A DNA stretch of 64,000 nt from Octopus sinensis (taxonomy: Eukaryota), in contig NC_043023.1 in assembly GCF_006345805.1 (NCBI RefSeq), forward strand, positions 16,058,001 to 16,122,000, given 5' to 3'. The translations under genes and the position numbers were made by a program. The notes beneath the pieces were generated by a model. That model had not been told where the DNA came from and searched no databases. It saw nothing but the letters and a program-made list of their open reading frames with translations. Shown piece by piece: positions 1 through 14,751 of this stretch (its first letter is position 1; the number at the start of each line of letters is the position of its first letter).

Positions 1-3000
1 TTTCTCCTGAAACAGAGAGCGAAGAAATATCAAGACCGCCAACAGGAAACTAGATATGCTAGAAATAACAGCTAAATGGTTTTCAAATTGGATAGGTTCG
101 TTTGTGCATTTGTTAATTTCTCCTGAAACAGAGAGCGAAGAAATATCAAGACCGCCAACAGGAAACTAGATATGCTAGAAATAACAGCTAAATGGTTTTC
201 AAATTGGATAGGTTCGTTTGTGCATTTGTTAATTTCTCCTGAAACAGAGAGCGAAGAAATATCAAGACCGCCAACAGGAAACTAGATATGCTAGAAATAA
301 CAGCTAAATGGTTTTCAAATTGGATAGGTTCGTTTGTGCATTTGTTAATTTCTCCTGAAACAGAGAGCGAAGAAATATCAAGACCGCCAACAGGAAACTA
401 GATATGCTAGAAATAACAGCTAAATGGTTTTCAAATTGGATAGGTTCGTTTGTGCATTTGTTAATTTCTCCTGAAACAGAGAGCGAAGAAATATCAAGAC
501 CGCCAACAGGAAACTAGATATGCTAGAAATAACAGCTAAATGGTTTTCAAATTGGATAGGTTCGTTTGTGCATTTGTTAATTTCTCCTGAAACAGAGAGC
601 GAAGAAATATCAAGACCGCCAACAGGAAACTAGATATGCTAGAAATAACAGCTAAATGGTTTTCAAATTGGATAGGTTCGTTTGTGCATTTGTTAATTTC
701 TCCTGAAACAGAGAGCGAAGAAATATCAAGACCGCCAACAGGAAACTAGATATGCTAGAAATAACAGCTAAATGGTTTTCAAATTGGATAGGTTCGTTTG
801 TGCATTTGTTTAATTTCTCCTGAAACAGAGAGCGAAGAAATATCAAGACCCCAACAGGATACTAGATATGCTAGAAATAACAGCTAAATGGTTTTCAAAT
901 TGGATAGGTTCGTTTGTGCATTTGTTTATTTCTCCTGAAACAGAGAGCGAAGAAATATCAAGACCGCCAACAGGAAACTAGATATGCTAGAAATAACAGC
1001 TAAATGGTTTTCAAATTGGATAGGTTCGTTTGTGCATTTGTTTATTTCTCCTGAAACAGAGAGCGAAGAAATATCAAGACCGCCAACAGGAAACTAGATA
1101 TGCTAGAAATAACAGCTAAATGGTTTTCAAATTGGATAGGTTCGTTTGTGCATTTGTTTATTTCTCCTGAAACAGAGAGCGAAGAAATATCAAGACCGCC
1201 AACAGGAAACTAGATTTGCTAGAAATAACAGCTAAATGGTTTTCAAATTGGATAGGTTCGTTTATGCATTTGTTTATTTCTCCTGAAACAGAGAGCGAAG
1301 AAATATCAAGACCGCCAACAGGAAACTAGATATGCTAGAAATAACAGCAAATGGTTTTCAAATTGGATAGGTTCGTTTATGCATTTGTTAATTTCTCCTG
1401 AAACAGAGAGCGAAGAAATATCAAGACCGCCAACAGGAAACTAGATATGCTAGAAATAACAGCTAAATGGTTTTCAAATTGGATAGGTTCGTTTATGCAT
1501 TTGTTTATTTCTCCTGAAACAGAGAGCGAAGAAATATCAAGACCGCCAACAGGAAACTAGATATGCTAGAAATAACAGCTAAATGGTTTTCAAATTGGAT
1601 AGGTTCGTTTATGCATTTGTTTATTTCTCCTGAAACAGAGAGCGAAGAAATATCAAGACCCCCAACAGGAAACTAGATATGCTAGAAATAACAGCTAAAT
1701 GGTTTTCAAATTGGATAGGTTCGTTTATGCATTTGTTTATTTCTCCTGAAACAGAGAGCGAAGAAATATCAAGACCGCCAACAGGAAACTAGATATGCTA
1801 GAAATAACAGCTAAATGGTTTTCAAATTGGATAGGTTCGTTTATGCATTTGTTTATTTCTCCTGAAACAGAGAGCGAAGAAATATCAAGACCGCCAACAG
1901 GAAACTAGATATGCTAGAAATAACAGCTAAATGGTTTTCAAATTGGATAGGTTCGTTATGCATTTGTTTATTTCTCCTGAAACAGAGAGCGAAGAAATAT
2001 CAAGACCGCCAACAGGAAACTAGATATGCTAGAAATAACAGCAAAATGGTTTTCAAATTGGATAGGTTCGTTTATGCATTTGTTTATTTCTCCTGAAACA
2101 GAGAGCGAAGAAATATCAAGACCGCCGACAGGAAACTAGATATGCTAGAAATAACAGCTAAATGGTTTTCAAATTGGATAGGTTCGTTTGTGCATTTGTT
2201 TATTTCTCCTGAAACAGAGAGCGAAGAAATATCAAGACCGCCAACAGGAAACTAGATATGCTAGAAATAACAGCTAAATGGTTTTCAAATTGGATAGGTT
2301 CGTTTGTGCATTTGTTAATTTCTCCTGAAACAGAGAGCGAAGAAATATCAAGACCGCCAACAGGAAACTAGATATGCTAGAAATAACAGCTAAATGGTTT
2401 TCAAATTGGATAGGTTCGTTTATGCATTTGTTATTTCTCCTGAAACAGAGAGCGAAGAAATATCAAGACCGCCAACAGGAAACTAGATATGCTAGAAATA
2501 ACAGCTAAATGGTTTTCAAATTGGATAGGTTCGTTTATGCATTTGTTTATTTCTCCTGAAACAGAGAGCGAAGAAATATCAAGACCGCCAACAGGAAACT
2601 AGATATGCTAGAAATAACAGCTAAATGGTTTTCAAATTGGATAGGTTCGTTTATGCATTTGTTTATTTCTCCTGAAACAGAGAGCGAAGAAATATCAAGA
2701 CCGCCAACAGGAAACTAGATATGCTAGAAATAACAGCTAAATGGTTTTCAAATTGGATAGGTTCGTTTGTGCATTTGTTAATTTCTCCTGAAACAGAGAG
2801 CGAAGAAATATCAAGACCGCCAACAGGAAACTAGATATGCTAGAAATAACAGCTAAATGGTTTTCAAATTGGATAGGTTCGTTTATGCATTTGTTTATTT
2901 CTCCTGAAACAGAGAGCGAAGAAATATCAAGACCGCCAACAGGAAACTAGATATGCTAGAAATAACAGCTAAATGGTTTTCAAATTGGATAGGTTCGTTT

Positions 3001-6000
3001 ATGCATTTGTTTATTTCTCCTGAAACAGAGAGCGAAGAAATATCAAGACCGCCAACAGGAAACTAGATATGCTAGAAATAACAGCTAAATGGTTTTCAAA
3101 TTGGATAGGTTCGTTTGTGCATTTGTTTATTTCTCCTGAAACAGAGAGCGAAGAAATATCAAGACCGCCAACAGGATACTAGATTTGCTAGAAATAACAG
3201 CTAAATGGTTTTCAAATTGGATAGGTTCGTTTATGCATTTGTTAATTTCTCCTGAAACAGAGAGCGAAGAAATATCAAGACCGCCAACAGGAAACTAGAT
3301 ATGCTAGAAATAACAGCTAAATGGTTTTCAAATTGGATAGGTTCGTTTATGCATTTGTTTATTTCTCCTGAAACAGAGAGCGAAGAAATATCAAGACCGC
3401 CAACAGGAAACTAGATATGCTAGAAATAACAGCAAAATGGTTTTCAAATTGGATAGGTTCGTTTATGCATTTGTTTATTTCTCCTGAAACAGAGAGCGAA
3501 GAAATATCAAGACCGCCAACAGGAAACTAGATATGCTAGAAATAACAGCAAAATGGTTTTCAAATTGGATAGGTTCGTTTATGCATTTGTTTATTTCTCC
3601 TGAAACAGAGAGCGAAGAAATATCAAGACCGCCAACAGGAAACTAGATATGCTAGAAATAACAGCTAAATGGTTTTCAAATTGGATAGGTTCGTTTATGC
3701 ATTTGTTTATTTCTCCTGAAACAGAGAGCGAAGAAATATCAAGACCGCCAACAGGAAACTAGATATGCTAGAAATAACAGCAAAATGGTTTTCAAATTGG
3801 ATAGGTTCGTTTATGCATTTGTTTATTTCTCCTGAAACAGAGAGCGAAGAAATATCAAGACCGCCGACAGGAAACTAGATATGCTAGAAATAACAGCAAA
3901 TGGTTTTCAAATTGGATAGGTTCGTTTATGCATTTGTTTATTTCTCCTGAAACAGAGAGCGAAGAAATATCAAGACCGCCAACAGGAAACTAGATATGCT
4001 AGAAATAACAGCAAAATGGTTTTCAAATTGGATAGGTTCGTTTATGCATTTGTTTATTTCTCCTGAAACAGAGAGCGAAGAAATATCAAGACCGCCAACA
4101 GGAAACTAGATATGCTAGAAATAACAGCAAAATGGTTTTCAAATTGGATAGGTTCGTTTGTGCATTTGTTTATTTCTCCTGAAACAGAGAGCGAAGAAAT
4201 ATCAAGACCGCCAACAGGAAACTAGATATGCTAGAAATAACAGCAAAATGGTTTTCAAATTGGATAGGTTCGTTTGTGCATTTGTTTATTTCTCCTGAAA
4301 CAGAGAGCGAAGAAATATCAAGACCGCCAACAGGAAACTAGATATGCTAGAAATAACAGCTAAATGGTTTTCAAATTGGATAGGTTCGTTTATGCATTTG
4401 TTAATTTCTCCTGAAACAGAGAGCGAAGAAATATCAAGACCGCCAACAGGAAACTAGATATGCTAGAAATAACAGCAAAATGGTTTTCAAATTGGATAGG
4501 TTCGTTTATGCATTTGTTTATTTCTCCTGAAACAGAGAGCGAAGAAATATCAAGACCGCCAACAGGAAACTAGATATGCTAGAAATAACAGCTAAATGGT
4601 TTTCAAATTGGATAGGTTCGTTTATGCATTTGTTTATTTCTCCTGAAACAGAGAGCGAAGAAATATCAAGACCCCCAACAGGAAACTAGATATGCTAGAA
4701 ATAACAGCTAAATGGTTTTCAAATTGGATAGGTTCGTTTATGCATTTGTTAATTTCTCCTGAAACAGAGAGCGAAGAAATATCAAGACCCCCAACAGGAA
4801 ACTAGATATGCTAGAAATAACAGCAAAATGGTTTTCAAATTGGATAGGTTCGTTTATGCATTTGTTTATTTCTCCTGAAACAGAGAGCGAAGAAATATCA
4901 AGACCGCCAACAGGAAACTAGATATGCTAGAAATAACAGCTAAATGGTTTTCAAATTGGATAGGTTCGTTTATGCATTTGTTAATTTCTCCTGAAACAGA
5001 GAGCGAAGAAATATCAAGACCGCCAACAGGAAACTAGATATGCTAGAAATAACAGCTAAATGGTTTTCAAATTGGATAGGTTCGTTTATGCATTTGTTAA
5101 TTTCTCCTGAAACAGAGAGCGAAGAAATATCAAGACCGCCAACAGGAAACTAGATATGCTAGAAATAACAGCTAAATGGTTTTCAAATTGGATAGGTTTG
5201 TGTATGCATTTGTTTATTTCTCCTGAAACAGAGAGCGAAGAAATATCAAGACCGCCAACAGGAAACTAGATATGCTAGAAATAACAGCTAAATGGTTTTC
5301 AAATTGGATAGGTTCGTTATGCATTTGTTTATTTCTCCTGAAACAGAGAGCGAAGAAATATCAAGACCGCCAACAGGAAACTAGATATGCTAGAAATAAC
5401 AGCTAAATGGTTTTCAAATTGGATAGGTTCGTTTATGCATTTGTTTATTTCTCCTGAAACAGAGAGCGAAGAAATATCAAGACCGCCAACAGGAAACTAG
5501 ATATGCTAGAAATAACAGCTAAATGGTTTTCAAATTGGATAGGTTCGTTTATGCATTTGTTTATTTCTCCTGAAACAGAGAGCGAAGAAATATCAAGACC
5601 GCCAACAGGAAACTAGATATGCTAGAAATAACAGCAAAATGGTTTTCAAATTGGATAGGTTTGTGTATGCATTTGTTTATTTCTCCTGAAACAGAGAGCG
5701 AAGAAATATCAAGACCGCCAACAGGAAACTAGATATGCTAGAAATAACAGCTAAATGGTTTTCAAATTGGATAGGTTCGTTTATGCATTTGTTTATTTCT
5801 CCTGAAACAGAGAGCGAAGAAATATCAAGACCGCCAACAGGAAACTAGATATGCTAGAAATAACAGCTAAATGGTTTTCAAATTGGATAGGTTCGTTTGT
5901 GCATTTGTTTATTTCTCCTGAAACAGAGAGCGAAGAAATATCAAGACCGCCAACAGGAAACTAGATATGCTAGAAATAACAGCAAATGGTTTTCAAATTG

Positions 6001-9000
6001 GATAGGTTCGTTTATGCATTTGTTTATTTCTCCTGAAACAGAGAGCGAAGAAATATCAAGACCGCCAACAGGAAACTAGATATGCTAGAAATAACAGCTA
6101 AATGGTTTTCAAATTGGATAGGTTCGTTTATGCATTTGTTTATTTCTCCTGAAACAGAGAGCGAAGAAATATCAAGACCGCCAACAGGATACTAGATATG
6201 CTAGAAATAACAGCTAAATGGTTTTCAAATTGGATAGGTTCGTTTATGCATTTGTTTATTTCTCCTGAAACAGAGAGCGAAGAAATATCAAGACCGCCAA
6301 CAGGATACTAGATTGCTAGAAATAACAGCTAAATGGTTTTCAAATTGGATAGGTTCGTTTATGCATTTGTTTATTTCTCCTGAAACAGAGAGCGAAGAAA
6401 TATCAAGACCGCCAACAGGATACTAGATTTGCTAGAAATAACAGCTAAATGGTTTTCAAATTGGATAGGTTCGTTTATGCATTTGTTTATTTCTCCTGAA
6501 ACAGAGAGCGAAGAAATATCAAGACCGCCAACAGGAAACTAGATATGCTAGAAATAACAGCAAATGGTTTTCAAATTGGATAGGTTCGTTTGTGCATTTG
6601 TTAATTTCTCCTGAAACAGAGAGCGAAGAAATATCAAGACCGCCAACAGGAAACTAGATATGCTAGAAATAACAGCAAAATGGTTTTCAAATTGGATAGG
6701 TTCGTTTATGCATTTGTTTATTTCTCCTGAAACAGAGAGCGAAGAAATATCAAGACCGCCAACAGGAAACTAGATATGCTAGAAATAACAGCAAAATGGT
6801 TTTCAAATTGGATAGGTTCGTTTGTGCATTTGTTTATTTCTCCTGAAACAGAGAGCGAAGAAATATCAAGACCGCCAACAGGAAACTAGATATGCTAGAA
6901 ATAACAGCAAAATGGTTTTCAAATTGGATAGGTTCGTTTATGCATTTGTTTATTTCTCCTGAAACAGAGAGCGAAGAAATATCAAGACCGCCAACAGGAA
7001 ACTAGATATGCTAGAAATAACAGCTAAATGGTTTTCAAATTGGATAGGTTCGTTTATGCATTTGTTTATTTCTCCTGAAACAGAGAGCGAAGAAATATCA
7101 AGACCGCCAACAGGAAACTAGATATGCTAGAAATAACAGCTAAATGGTTTTCAAATTGGATAGGTTCGTTTATTTCTCCTGAAACAGAGAGCGAAGAAAT
7201 ATCAAGACCGCCAACAGGAAACTAGATATGCTAGAAATAACAGCAAAATGGTTTTCAAATTGGATAGGTTCGTTTATGCATTTGTTTATTTCTCCTGAAA
7301 CAGAGAGCGAAGAAATATCAAGACCGCCAACAGGAAACTAGATATGCTAGAAATAACAGCAAAATGGTTTTCAAATTGGATAGGTTCGTTTATTTCTCCT
7401 GAAACAGAGAGCGAAGAAATATCAAGACCGCCAACAGGAAACTAGATATGCTAGAAATAACAGCTAAATGGTTTTCAAATTGGATAGGTTCGTTTATGCA
7501 TTTGTTTATTTCTCCTGAAACAGAGAGCGAAGAAATATCAAGACCGCCAACAGGAAACTAGATATGCTAGAAATAACAGCTAAATGGTTTTCAAATTGGA
7601 TAGGTTCTTTATTTCTCCTGAAACAGAGAGCGAAGAAATATCAAGACCGCCAACAGGAAACTAGATATGCTAGAAATAACAGCTAAATGGTTTTCAAATT
7701 GGATAGGTTCGTTTATGCATTTGTTTATTTCTCCTGAAACAGAGAGCGAAGAAATATCAAGACCGCCAACAGGAAACTAGATATGCTAGAAATAACAGCA
7801 AAATGGTTTTCAAATTGGATAGGTTCGTTTATTTCTCCTGAAACAGAGAGCGAAGAAATATCAAGACCGCCAACAGGAAACTAGATATGCTAGAAATAAC
7901 AGCTAAATGGTTTTCAAATTGGATAGGTTCGTTTATGCATTTGTTTATTTCTCCTGAAACAGAGAGCGAAGAAATATCAAGACCGCCAACAGGAAACTAG
8001 ATATGCTAGAAATAACAGCTAAATGGTTTTCAAATTGGATAGGTTCGTTTATTTCTCCTGAAACAGAGAGCGAAGAAATATCAAGACCGCCAACAGGAAA
8101 CTAGATATGCTAGAAATAACAGCTAAATGGTTTTCAAATTGGATAGGTTCGTTTATGCATTTGTTTATTTCTCCTGAAACAGAGAGCGAAGAAATATCAA
8201 GACCGCCAACAGGAAACTAGATATGCTAGAAATAACAGCTAAATGGTTTTCAAATTGGATAGGTTCGTTTGTGCATTTGTTAATTTCTCCTGAAACAGAG
8301 AGCGAAGAAATATCAAGACCGCCAACAGGAAACTAGATATGCTAGAAATAACAGCTAAATGGTTTTCAAATTGGATAGGTTCGTTTATGCATTTGTTTAT
8401 TTCTCCTGAAACAGAGAGCGAAGAAATATCAAGACCGCCAACAGGAAACTAGATATGCTAGAAATAACAGCTAAATGGTTTTCAAATTGGATAGGTTCGT
8501 TTGTGCATTTGTTAATTTCTCCTGAAACAGAGAGCGAAGAAATATCAAGACCGCCAACAGGAAACTAGATATGCTAGAAATAACAGCTAAATGGTTTTCA
8601 AATTGGATAGGTTCGTTTATGCATTTGTTTATTTCTCCTGAAACAGAGAGCGAAGAAATATCAAGACCGCCAACAGGAAACTAGATATGCTAGAAATAAC
8701 AGCTAAATGGTTTTCAAATTGGATAGGTTCGTTTGTGCATTTGTTAATTTCTCCTGAAACAGAGAGCGAAGAAATATCAAGACCGCCAACAGGAAACTAG
8801 ATATGCTAGAAATAACAGCTAAATGGTTTTCAAATTGGATAGGTTCGTTTATGCATTTGTTTATTTCTCCTGAAACAGAGAGCGAAGAAATATCAAGACC
8901 GCCAACAGGAAACTAGATATGCTAGAAATAACAGCTAAATGGTTTTCAAATTGGATAGGTTCGTTTGTGCATTTGTTAATTTCTCCTGAAACAGAGAGCG

Positions 9001-12000
9001 AAGAAATATCAAGACCGCCAACAGGAAACTAGATATGCTAGAAATAACAGCTAAATGGTTTTCAAATTGGATAGGTTCGTTTATGCATTTGTTTATTTCT
9101 CCTGAAACAGAGAGCGAAGAAATATCAAGACCGCCAACAGGAAACTAGATATGCTAGAAATAACAGCTAAATGGTTTTCAAATTGGATAGGTTCGTTTGT
9201 GCATTTGTTAATTTCTCCTGAAACAGAGAGCGAAGAAATATCAAGACCGCCAACAGGAAACTAGATATGCTAGAAATAACAGCTAAATGGTTTTCAAATT
9301 GGATAGGTTCGTTTGTGCATTTGTTAATTTCTCCTGAAACAGAGAGCGAAGAAATATCAAGACCGCCAACAGGAAACTAGATATGCTAGAAATAACAGCT
9401 AAATGGTTTTCAAATTGGATAGGTTCGTTTGTGCATTTGTTAATTTCTCCTGAAACAGAGAGCGAAGAAATATCAAGACCGCCAACAGGAAACTAGATAT
9501 GCTAGAAATAACAGCTAAATGGTTTTCAAATTGGATAGGTTCGTTTGTGCATTTGTTAATTTCTCCTGAAACAGAGAGCGAAGAAATATCAAGACCGCCA
9601 ACAGGAAACTAGATATGCTAGAAATAACAGCTAAATGGTTTTCAAATTGGATAGGTTCGTTTGTGCATTTGTTAATTTCTCCTGAAACAGAGAGCGAAGA
9701 AATATCAAGACCGCCAACAGGAAACTAGATATGCTAGAAATAACAGCTAAATGGTTTTCAAATTGGATAGGTTCGTTTGTGCATTTGTTAATTTCTCCTG
9801 AAACAGAGAGCGAAGAAATATCAAGACCGCCAACAGGAAACTAGATATGCTAGAAATAACAGCTAAATGGTTTTCAAATTGGATAGGTTCGTTTATTTCT
9901 CCTGAAACAGAGAGCGAAGAAATATCAAGACCGCCAACAGGAAACTAGATATGCTAGAAATAACAGCAAAATGGTTTTCAAATTGGATAGGTTCGTTTAT
10001 GCATTTGTTTATTTCTCCTGAAACAGAGAGCGAAGAAATATCAAGACCGCCAACAGGAAACTAGATATGCTAGAAATAACAGCTAAATGGTTTTCAAATT
10101 GGATAGGTTCGTTTGTGCATTTGTTAATTTCTCCTGAAACAGAGAGCGAAGAAATATCAAGACCGCCAACAGGAAACTAGATATGCTAGAAATAACAGCT
10201 AAATGGTTTTCAAATTGGATAGGTTCGTTTGTGCATTTGTTAATTTCTCCTGAAACAGAGAGCGAAGAAATATCAAGACCGCCAACAGGAAACTAGATAT
10301 GCTAGAAATAACAGCTAAATGGTTTTCAAATTGGATAGGTTCGTTTGTGCATTTGTTAATTTCTCCTGAAACAGAGAGCGAAGAAATATCAAGACCGCCA
10401 ACAGGAAACTAGATATGCTAGAAATAACAGCTAAATGGTTTTCAAATTGGATAGGTTCGTTTGTGCATTTGTTATTTCTCCTGAAACAGAGAGCGAAGAA
10501 ATATCAAGACCGCCAACAGGAAACTAGATATGCTAGAAATAACAGCTAAATGGTTTTCAAATTGGATAGGTTCGTTTGTGCATTTGTTAATTTCTCCTGA
10601 AACAGAGAGCGAAGAAATATCAAGACCGCCAACAGGAAACTAGATATGCTAGAAATAACAGCTAAATGGTTTTCAAATTGGATAGGTTCGTTTGTGCATT
10701 TGTTAATTTCTCCTGAAACAGAGAGCGAAGAAATATCAAGACCGCCAACAGGAAACTAGATATGCTAGAAATAACAGCTAAATGGTTTTCAAATTGGATA
10801 GGTTCGTTTGTGCATTTGTTAATTTCTCCTGAAACAGAGAGCGAAGAAATATCAAGACCGCCAACAGGAAACTAGATATGCTAGAAATAACAGCTAAATG
10901 GTTTTCAAATTGGATAGGTTCGTTTGTGCATTTGTTAATTTCTCCTGAAACAGAGAGCGAAGAAATATCAAGACCGCCAACAGGATACTAGATATGCTAG
11001 AAATAACAGCTAAATGGTTTTCAAATTGGATAGGTTCGTTTGTGCATTTGTTAATTTCTCCTGAAACAGAGAGCGAAGAAATATCAAGACCGCCAACAGG
11101 ATACTAGATATGCTAGAAATAACAGCTAAATGGTTTTCAAATTGGATAGGTTCGTTTGTGCATTTGTTTATTTCTCCTGAAACAGAGAGCGAAGAAATAT
11201 CAAGACCCCCAACAGGAAACTAGATATGCTAGAAATAACAGCTAAATGGTTTTCAAATTGGATAGGTTGTGTATGCATTGTTTATTTCTCCTGAAACAGA
11301 GAGCGAAGAAATATCAAGACCCCCAACAGGATACTAGATATGCTAGAAATAACAGCTAAATGGTTTTCAAATTGGATAGGTTCGTTTATGCATTTGTTTA
11401 TTTCTCCTGAAACAGAGAGCGAAGAAATATCAAGACCCCCAACAGGAAACTAGATATGCTAGAAATAACAGCTAAATGGTTTTCAAATTGGATAGGTTCG
11501 TTTGTGCATTTGTTAATTTCTCCTGAAACAGAGAGCGAAGAAATATCAAGACCGCCAACAGGAAACTAGATATGCTAGAAATAACAGCAAAATGGTTTTC
11601 AAATTGGATAGGTTTGTGTATGCATTTGTTTATTTCTCCTGAAACAGAGAGCGAAGAAATATCAAGACCGCCAACAGGAAACTAGATATGCTAGAAATAA
11701 CAGCTAAATGGTTTTCAAATTGGATAGGTTCGTTTATGCATTTGTTTATTTCTCCTGAAACAGAGAGCGAAGAAATATCAAGACCGCCAACAGGAAACTA
11801 GATATGCTAGAAATAACAGCTAAATGGTTTTCAAATTGGATAGGTTCGTTTGTGCATTTGTTTATTTCTCCTGAAACAGAGAGCGAAGAAATATCAAGAC
11901 CGCCAACAGGAAACTAGATATGCTAGAAATAACAGCTAAATGGTTTTCAAATTGGATAGGTTCGTTTATGCATTTGTTTATTTCTCCTGAAACAGAGAGC

Positions 12001-13921
12001 GAAGAAATATCAAGACCGCCAACAGGAAACTAGATATGCTAGAAATAACAGCTAAATGGTTTTCAAATTGGATAGGTTCGTTTGTGCATTTGTTAATTTC
12101 TCCTGAAACAGAGAGCGAAGAAATATCAAGACCGCCAACAGGATACTAGATATGCTAGAAATAACAGCTAAATGGTTTTCAAATTGGATAGGTTCGTTTA
12201 TGCATTTGTTTATTTCTCCTGAAACAGAGAGCGAAGAAATATCAAGACCGCCAACAGGAAACTAGATATGCTAGAAATAACAGCTAAATGGTTTTCAAAT
12301 TGGATAGGTTCGTTTATGCATGTGTTATTTCTCCTGAAACAGAGAGCGAAGAAATATCAAGACCCCCAACAGGATACTAGATTTGCTAGAAATAACAGCT
12401 AAATGGTTTTCAAATTGGATAGGTTTGTGTATGCATTTGTTTATTTCTCCTGAAACAGAGAGCGAAGAAATATCAAGACCCCCAACAGGATACTAGATTG
12501 CTAGAAATAACAGCTAAATGGTTTTCAAATTGGATAGGTTTGTGTATGCATTTGTTTATTTCTCCTGAAACAGAGAGCGAAGAAATATCAAGACCCCCAA
12601 CAGGAAACTAGATATGCTAGAAATAACAGCTAAATGGTTTTCAAATTGGATAGGTTCGTTTGTGCATTTGTTAATTTCTCCTGAAACAGAGAGCGAAGAA
12701 ATATCAAGACCGCCAACAGGAAACTAGATATGCTAGAAATAACAGCTAAATGGTTTTCAAATTGGATAGGTTCGTTTGTGCATTTGTTAATTTCTCCTGA
12801 AACAGAGAGCGAAGAAATATCAAGACCGCCGACAGGAAACTAGATATGCTAGAAATAACAGCTAAATGGTTTTCAAATTGGATAGGTTCGTTTGTGCATT
12901 TGTTAATTTCTCCTGAAACAGAGAGCGAAGAAATATCAAGACCGCCGACAGGAAACTAGATATGCTAGAAATAACAGCTAAATGGTTTTCAAATTGGATA
13001 GGTTCGTTTGTGCATTTGTTAATTTCTCCTGAAACAGAGAGCGAAGAAATATCAAGACCGCCAACAGGAAACTAGATATGCTAGAAATAACAGCTAAATG
13101 GTTTTCAAATTGGATAGGTTTGTTTATGCATGTGTTTATTTCTCCTGAAACAGAGAGCGAAGAAATATCAAGACCGCCAACAGGAAACTAGATATGCTAG
13201 AAATAACAGCTAAATGGTTTTCAAATTGGATAGGTTTGTGTATGCATTTGTTTATTTCTCCTGAAACAGAGAGCGAAGAAATATCAAGACCGCCAACAGG
13301 AAACTAGATATGCTAGAAATAACAGCTAAATGGTTTTCAAATTGGATAGGTTTGTGTATGCATGTGTTTATTTCTCCTGAAACAGAGAGCGAAGAAATAT
13401 CAAGACCGCCAACAGGAAACTAGATATGCTAGAAATAACAGCTAAATGGTTTTCAAATTGGATAGGTTTGTGTATGCATGTGTTTATTTCTCCTGAAACA
13501 GAGAGCGAAGAAATATCAAGACCGCCAACAGGAAACTAGATATGCTAGAAATAACAGCTAAATGGTTTTCAAATTGGATAGGTTCGTTTGTGCATTTGTT
13601 AATTTCTCCTGAAACAGAGAGCGAAGAAATATCAAGACCCCCAACAGGAAACTAGATATGCTAGAAATAACAGCTAAATGGTTTTCAAATTGGATAGGTT
13701 CGTTTATGCATTTGTTTATTTCTCCTGAAACAGAGAGCGAAGAAATATCAAGACCGCCAACAGGAAACTAGATATGCTAGAAATAACAGCTAAATGGTTT
13801 TCAAATTGGATAGGTTCGTTTATGCATTTGTTTATTTCTCCTGAAACAGAGAGCGAAGAAATATCAAGACCGCCAACAGGATACTAGATTTGCTAGAAAT
13901 AACAGCTAAATGGTTTTCAAA
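1..13921. repeat. Tandem satellite, 116-bp monomer, about 120 copies; the array runs off the left edge of the window
   Basis: The monomer TTTCTCCTGAAACAGAGAGCG...GCATTTGTTAA restarts at 1, 117, 233 and onward. Copies differ by only a few recurrent SNPs and indels. The array ends mid-monomer at ...TGGTTTTCAAA (13921). Confidence 0.99.
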
Positions 13922-14033
13922 CAGAAAACTGTTCCGAGTTTGATTCCAAGCAGTGACCTGAACACTAACAATAATTATAATAACATCAAAAAATACCTTA
14001 GGAATGAGAACCTAGGTTCGAAATTTCCCCCAA

Positions 14034-14079
14034 GACACCTGAAGAAGGCTGGAGAATACATCAGCCGAAACGTTGTGTT
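14034..14079 (+). ncRNA. Minimal type I hammerhead ribozyme motif (Penelope-like element type)
   Basis: Stem I GACAC/GTGTT; core CTGAAGA plus an extra A; stem II GGCTG/CAGCC; GAAA; loopless palindromic stem III AC/GT; putative GUU cleavage site at 14074. Confidence 0.7.
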
Positions 14080-14198
14080 AACAACGAACAAGATGAGGAC
14101 AAATATCTGTCGAATAGAAATAATGTATATGAAAATAGGGTTTCCTCAGATAGGGCCAAACTGCATTTTATCTTTTACGGTTTGCATATGAGGAGGAG

Positions 14199-14710
14199 TA
14201 GACCCCTTCGGTCATGAATGACCATGAGATTGCACCTAGAAAGTTACCTTCCAAGGCACAAGGCAGGGGTAGGCAAAGGGGCCGATACAGCTTGGCACCA
14301 GTAACATCACCACCCATTTCTACAGCTGAGTGAACTGGAGCAACGTGAAAAAAAGTGTCTTGCTCAAGAACACAACACGCAGCCCAGTCCGGGATTCAAA
14401 CTCACAACCTTACGATCACAAGCTTGACGCTCTAACCACTGAGCCATGCGCCTTCACACACACATATATATATAAATATATACATATACATACATATATA
14501 TATATACACATATGTATATATATACATATATATATATATCTGAGACCCCCCTTTGGTCACAACACAGACCCTGGGATTGCACCTAGAAAGTTACCCTCTG
14601 AGGCACAAGTCAGGGCAGGGTTGTTTATGGAAAACCAGCAGTCGCTCATGCATACCGGCCTCTCCTCTCCATGCAACTGATGTTATCCAAGGGAAAGGTA
14701 AAGGCCGAAC
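14199..14710 (-). mobile_element. Two partial tRNA-derived SINE copies (family B) separated by (TA)n
   Basis: The reverse strand starts GTGAAGGCGCATGGCTCAGTGGTTAGAGCG, with A/B-box-like motifs. The same family occurs at 18013, 18654, 27862 and 28632. Confidence 0.85.
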
Positions 14711-14751
14711 AGCTTGGTACCAGTGATGTCATGGGAAAAGTTCTGTTAAAC

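Noticed and set aside
1-13921. CRISPR-like array or coding repeats (ORFs at 652, 1911, 5897)
   Set aside because: There are no unique spacers because whole monomers repeat. The short ORFs arise only where indels bypass stops.
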